DNA of 57,336 nucleotides from a virus (Duplodnaviria; Caudoviricetes): IMG/VR virus record IMGVR_UViG_3300030331_003845, positions 1 to 57,336 of that record; one strand, 5' to 3'. Shown piece by piece: positions 54,284 to 57,336 of this stretch (position 1 is its first letter; each line of letters starts with the position of its first letter). The notes under the pieces were generated by a model. It saw only the letters and a program-made list of their open reading frames with translations, ran no database searches and was not told where the DNA came from. The position numbers and the translations under genes were made by a program.

Positions 54284-56619
54284 TATTTTTCTAACTTTCT
54301 TTCAGCAATATCTAATCTTTTGTCAGACTGCTCATCTTGTTGTTGCAATCTGTCATATTCAAGATTCAATTTGTTTGCTTGACGTTGATTTTCTTGATCT
54401 TGCTTGAATTGAGTCTCTTGTGCCTTTCTTTGAAGGTCCATAGCTCTTAAATCTACTTCTTGTTGTTTTATTCTTACTAATGGGTCTTGTTTAGCAGCGT
54501 TTGCTTTCATTTCACCCATAACTAACTCTTCAGTAATCTCTGCTACTGCGGTTGCAACTGCATTATCAAATGCTAATTGATATTGTTCTGGATTTTGTTG
54601 TCTTAATGCCATCATATTTTGATCTTGTGCAAGTTGTTGTCTAACTTCTTGTTGTGCTTTAAAAGAAATATGATCAGAAACATGTGATTGTAGCAAAGCA
54701 TAAACCATTGGATTAATTTGTACCATTCTAGACTGCATAAATGCTGAATGTGCTGCAATATGTGCGTCGTGATCTTGAAATTCAAAAGCTGTAAGCAACT
54801 TCATTTGCAAAGCACGCGCATTTTCTTTACCTGGATCAAGTGGTTCAGGAGGTTTTGGTGCTGGTTTCATCAAAGTATCGATTTGTTTTGTTCCAAGTGC
54901 CTCATAAACTCGTCTATATGCTTCGTGTATGTTGTGAAGTTGTGGATTTGACATTGCGACTTGCAATTGTGTCTGTGCAAGAGTCACTCTTTGGCTCATA
55001 GACATAATATTTGGGTCTGCAACAGGTAAAATATCGACTCTGTTGTCAAAATCTAGTTGTTTTATCGTTCTTTGAGCACCATAAACGTCGTAAGGATACT
55101 CTGGTGGTAGATATTCTCCGCATAATCTCGATAAAATTTTAAATTCTTGCCTCATTGCGTAGTAACAACGCTTGTGTACACCCGACATTACTCTTGAACC
55201 ACGCTCTAAGAGCGCCATTGTAGTTCCTACAGCCCTATTTTGAGTGTCATTACCTACACTCATGTCTGTTATTTGTGCAAATCTAGTTCCAGCAGATACT
55301 ACAAAACCTAAAAGTTGATACAAAGTTGGACTTGGTTCAGAAAAAGGCAGTTGAAAAAATTGATCTCTTATATTTCCGCCTGGTGCATCAACATCTCTAA
55401 ACTCTCCTGGTTGAATTGGTTGGTCATCATCTCTAACTCTGATACCTCTAGCTTTAAAACCTGCAGGTAAATTTTTTAATGTGCCTGCATCGATCAATTG
55501 TCTTAATGCGATTGTAGCTGCACGTGATAAACCACCGATCATATGGATTAAACCAAAACCGTAAAATCCTAAACCTGGTAAAAATTTATAATGTACAAAG
55601 TATTCGACTCTTGAATAACTTCCATCATCAATTCTGTAGTTTCTATAAATAGATAAAACTTCTCCACTACCTTCGTCAATGGTGACTATATATGGAATTT
55701 TAATACCTTTTTGAGTTTTCTTATCAAACTTCCCATATTCATCTAAATCTAAATCAACATGCATCTCAAGAATATTGTAAATATAATCTGAATACTGATC
55801 ACTTACTCCTTCAATTTGATTTATCTTTTGGTGAACATCGTCTTTCTTTTGATTTGGTTTTGGTAATTCTATATCTCTATAAAATCCTGCTGCCATTTTT
55901 TTTCTAATATCATTTTCACTCATTTTTATCACATGTGTAATTCTTCCAGCATCTTTTAGATCTGACGCATAATACGGCACAACTAAATCTTCTGCAGGAA
56001 TAAACTTAGCGACAGGTCTTCCCATCATTTCATCATAATAAACTTTTTTGAATGTAGATCCTGATAGTGGAAGATAAAATAACATTTGATCCATATCAGT
56101 TGTGTATTCTTCCATTTTCTCCATAAGGAGATAATTCAAATAATCTTTTACTCTTGTAGCTTGTGCATCTGTCTGTGGTGATTGTAAGCCCATTACTTGT
56201 GTTCTTACTGGTCCATCACTCGGTAATAATTCTTTGTAAGCTGATGCTTGAAATTGTGTTATCGATTCTGCAAGTAAAGGGTGAGTGACACCGGAAGCTC
56301 CTCTGAATGGCTTGGTTTGTTCTTTGTATTTCGTGCCAAGTAAATCTAGTCCTTGTATGTATGCGTCTTCCCAATCTTTTCTAGATGTTTTATCTTTCTT
56401 GTACTCAGCTGTCAGATCACTTCCAATTTGTGCAAGGATTCTTTCATCCATGCCCTCTGCTAAATTAGAAGCAAATTCCTGTTCAGGTGTTACTTGTTCC
56501 TCCTCTACTTCTTGACCCTCCACCATGATTTCAGGCGGTAAACCTTCAGGTTGCTCTTTGATCTCCTCAACCTTAATATCTTCTTCTATTCCTGTAGGGT
56601 TATCTTTTTCTATAGCCAT
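54283..56619 (-). CDS. Portal protein
   Basis: SRKDWE, HPLLAE, FYLPLSGSTFKKVYYD, GFYGFG, PGEFRDVD; Q-rich barrel-like C-terminus. Confidence 0.93.
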   Translation of the reverse strand: MAIEKDNPTGIEEDIKVEEIKEQPEGLPPEIMVEGQEVEEEQVTPEQEFASNLAEGMDERILAQIGSDLTAEYKKDKTSRKDWEDAYIQGLDLLGTKYKEQTKPFRGASGVTHPLLAESITQFQASAYKELLPSDGPVRTQVMGLQSPQTDAQATRVKDYLNYLLMEKMEEYTTDMDQMLFYLPLSGSTFKKVYYDEMMGRPVAKFIPAEDLVVPYYASDLKDAGRITHVIKMSENDIRKKMAAGFYRDIELPKPNQKKDDVHQKINQIEGVSDQYSDYIYNILEMHVDLDLDEYGKFDKKTQKGIKIPYIVTIDEGSGEVLSIYRNYRIDDGSYSRVEYFVHYKFLPGLGFYGFGLIHMIGGLSRAATIALRQLIDAGTLKNLPAGFKARGIRVRDDDQPIQPGEFRDVDAPGGNIRDQFFQLPFSEPSPTLYQLLGFVVSAGTRFAQITDMSVGNDTQNRAVGTTMALLERGSRVMSGVHKRCYYAMRQEFKILSRLCGEYLPPEYPYDVYGAQRTIKQLDFDNRVDILPVADPNIMSMSQRVTLAQTQLQVAMSNPQLHNIHEAYRRVYEALGTKQIDTLMKPAPKPPEPLDPGKENARALQMKLLTAFEFQDHDAHIAAHSAFMQSRMVQINPMVYALLQSHVSDHISFKAQQEVRQQLAQDQNMMALRQQNPEQYQLAFDNAVATAVAEITEELVMGEMKANAAKQDPLVRIKQQEVDLRAMDLQRKAQETQFKQDQENQRQANKLNLEYDRLQQQDEQSDKRLDIAERKLEK

Positions 56620-56627
56620 AATTTACG

Positions 56628-57336
56628 TTAACATAAGGGTTTGAATATATCTACTACTAAACCACCTTCACTCTTGTATAGTTTCTGAGTATAAGCCATC
56701 CCAGGTCTTACTTCAATTCCGTACGCGTTAAAATATAAATCAGGATCATAAGGGCCTACATACCTAGCTCCTGCCTCTTGTACTTCGCTCGCGCTCTTAT
56801 GATAAGGACTTGTTATCTTTTTCCCGCTCAACGGGTGCCCTCTATCAGGATATTTGAAAGTGTCCTTATCTATCATTTTATAAGGTTTCTTAGGATCAGA
56901 CAGTGCTATTTTTATTGTTCCAGCTTTCGAATCTTGAAAGTTTGCTGTCTTTTTCATTAGATCAGCCATTACTGATTTACCTTTTTTGTTTAAGCCTTTA
57001 CCATCAGCGTAACCATAAAATCTTTCATTACCTTGTTTGTATCCCTGTCTAAAGTGGAGCTTGTTAAAAGGCATTACTGCAACATAATCAATTTTTTCTT
57101 TTGCTGCTTTATTGAGTAAAAATTTTAAAGCATAATCTCCATAAGCATCTGAATCTAACATTGGATAATAATCAGTATTTCTTCTAGAGCCTTTACCAAG
57201 TCTAGCTAATTGTTTATTAATATAATTTAATTGAGTGACATCTGAACTATTAATTTGATTTAGATTTTTACTTAGTATTTTACTTCTTTGATCAAGAAGT
57301 AATCTATTTTCGATTTGTTTTTGAAAAGGGTTATAC
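56628..57336 (-). CDS. C-terminal part of a large protein (runs in from the right edge); resembles polyvalent-protein domains
   Basis: Frame is open to the window end. PMLDSDAYGDYALKFLLNKAAKEKIDYVAV...FYG; ends KSEGGLV. Confidence 0.7.
   Translation of the reverse strand, partial: YNPFQKQIENRLLLDQRSKILSKNLNQINSSDVTQLNYINKQLARLGKGSRRNTDYYPMLDSDAYGDYALKFLLNKAAKEKIDYVAVMPFNKLHFRQGYKQGNERFYGYADGKGLNKKGKSVMADLMKKTANFQDSKAGTIKIALSDPKKPYKMIDKDTFKYPDRGHPLSGKKITSPYHKSASEVQEAGARYVGPYDPDLYFNAYGIEVRPGMAYTQKLYKSEGGLVVDIFKPLC

Noticed and set aside
18897-56960. Numerous + strand ORFs of 60-150 aa opposite the structural genes
   Set aside because: Shadow ORFs produced by the codon bias of the minus-strand genes; no SD or independent motifs.
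1-57336. Stop-codon reassignment, tRNA genes, integrase
   Set aside because: Core genes are full-length in the standard code and tightly packed; no cloverleaf or recombinase motifs were recognised by eye (tRNAscan not run).

Overview
The window is most of the genome of an AT-rich tailed dsDNA phage with podovirus-like organisation. Its probable host is a marine alphaproteobacterium such as SAR11; this is inferred from AT content, gene content and alpha-type LexA boxes, not proven. Nearly all genes are on the minus strand. Left to right: the 5' part of terL (runs off the left edge); an early/accessory region (0.5-3.4 kb) between terL and terS, carrying sigma70-like promoters, clustered GAAC-N7-GAAC boxes and a strand-polar bipartite repeat; terS; a palindromic origin-like element; a cluster of small structured RNAs and micropeptides (4.9-6.6 kb); a replication module (PAPS-reductase-like enzyme, Leu762 PolA, DUF3310, UvrD, primase, SSB-like protein, SNF2 helicase, PD-(D/E)XK nuclease); ejection proteins; two glycosyltransferases; tail genes with a tandemly duplicated 3-gene LamG/SPRY/Ig module; adaptors; small basic GG-motif proteins; M15 endolysin; major capsid, scaffold, GroES, holin, a free-standing LAGLIDADG nuclease, portal, and the 3' end of a large gene. 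No integrase, tRNA, rRNA or CRISPR array was seen. Best candidate new system: phage-encoded trans-antisense RNAs. A 12-bp hairpin at 6132-6176 has a loop complementary to the start regions of both divergent replication transcription units 10 kb away (16300-16378). An sRNA-like unit at about 4950-5060 is complementary to the RBS of the early gene at 906-1235. All family calls come from motif recognition by eye; no searches were run.
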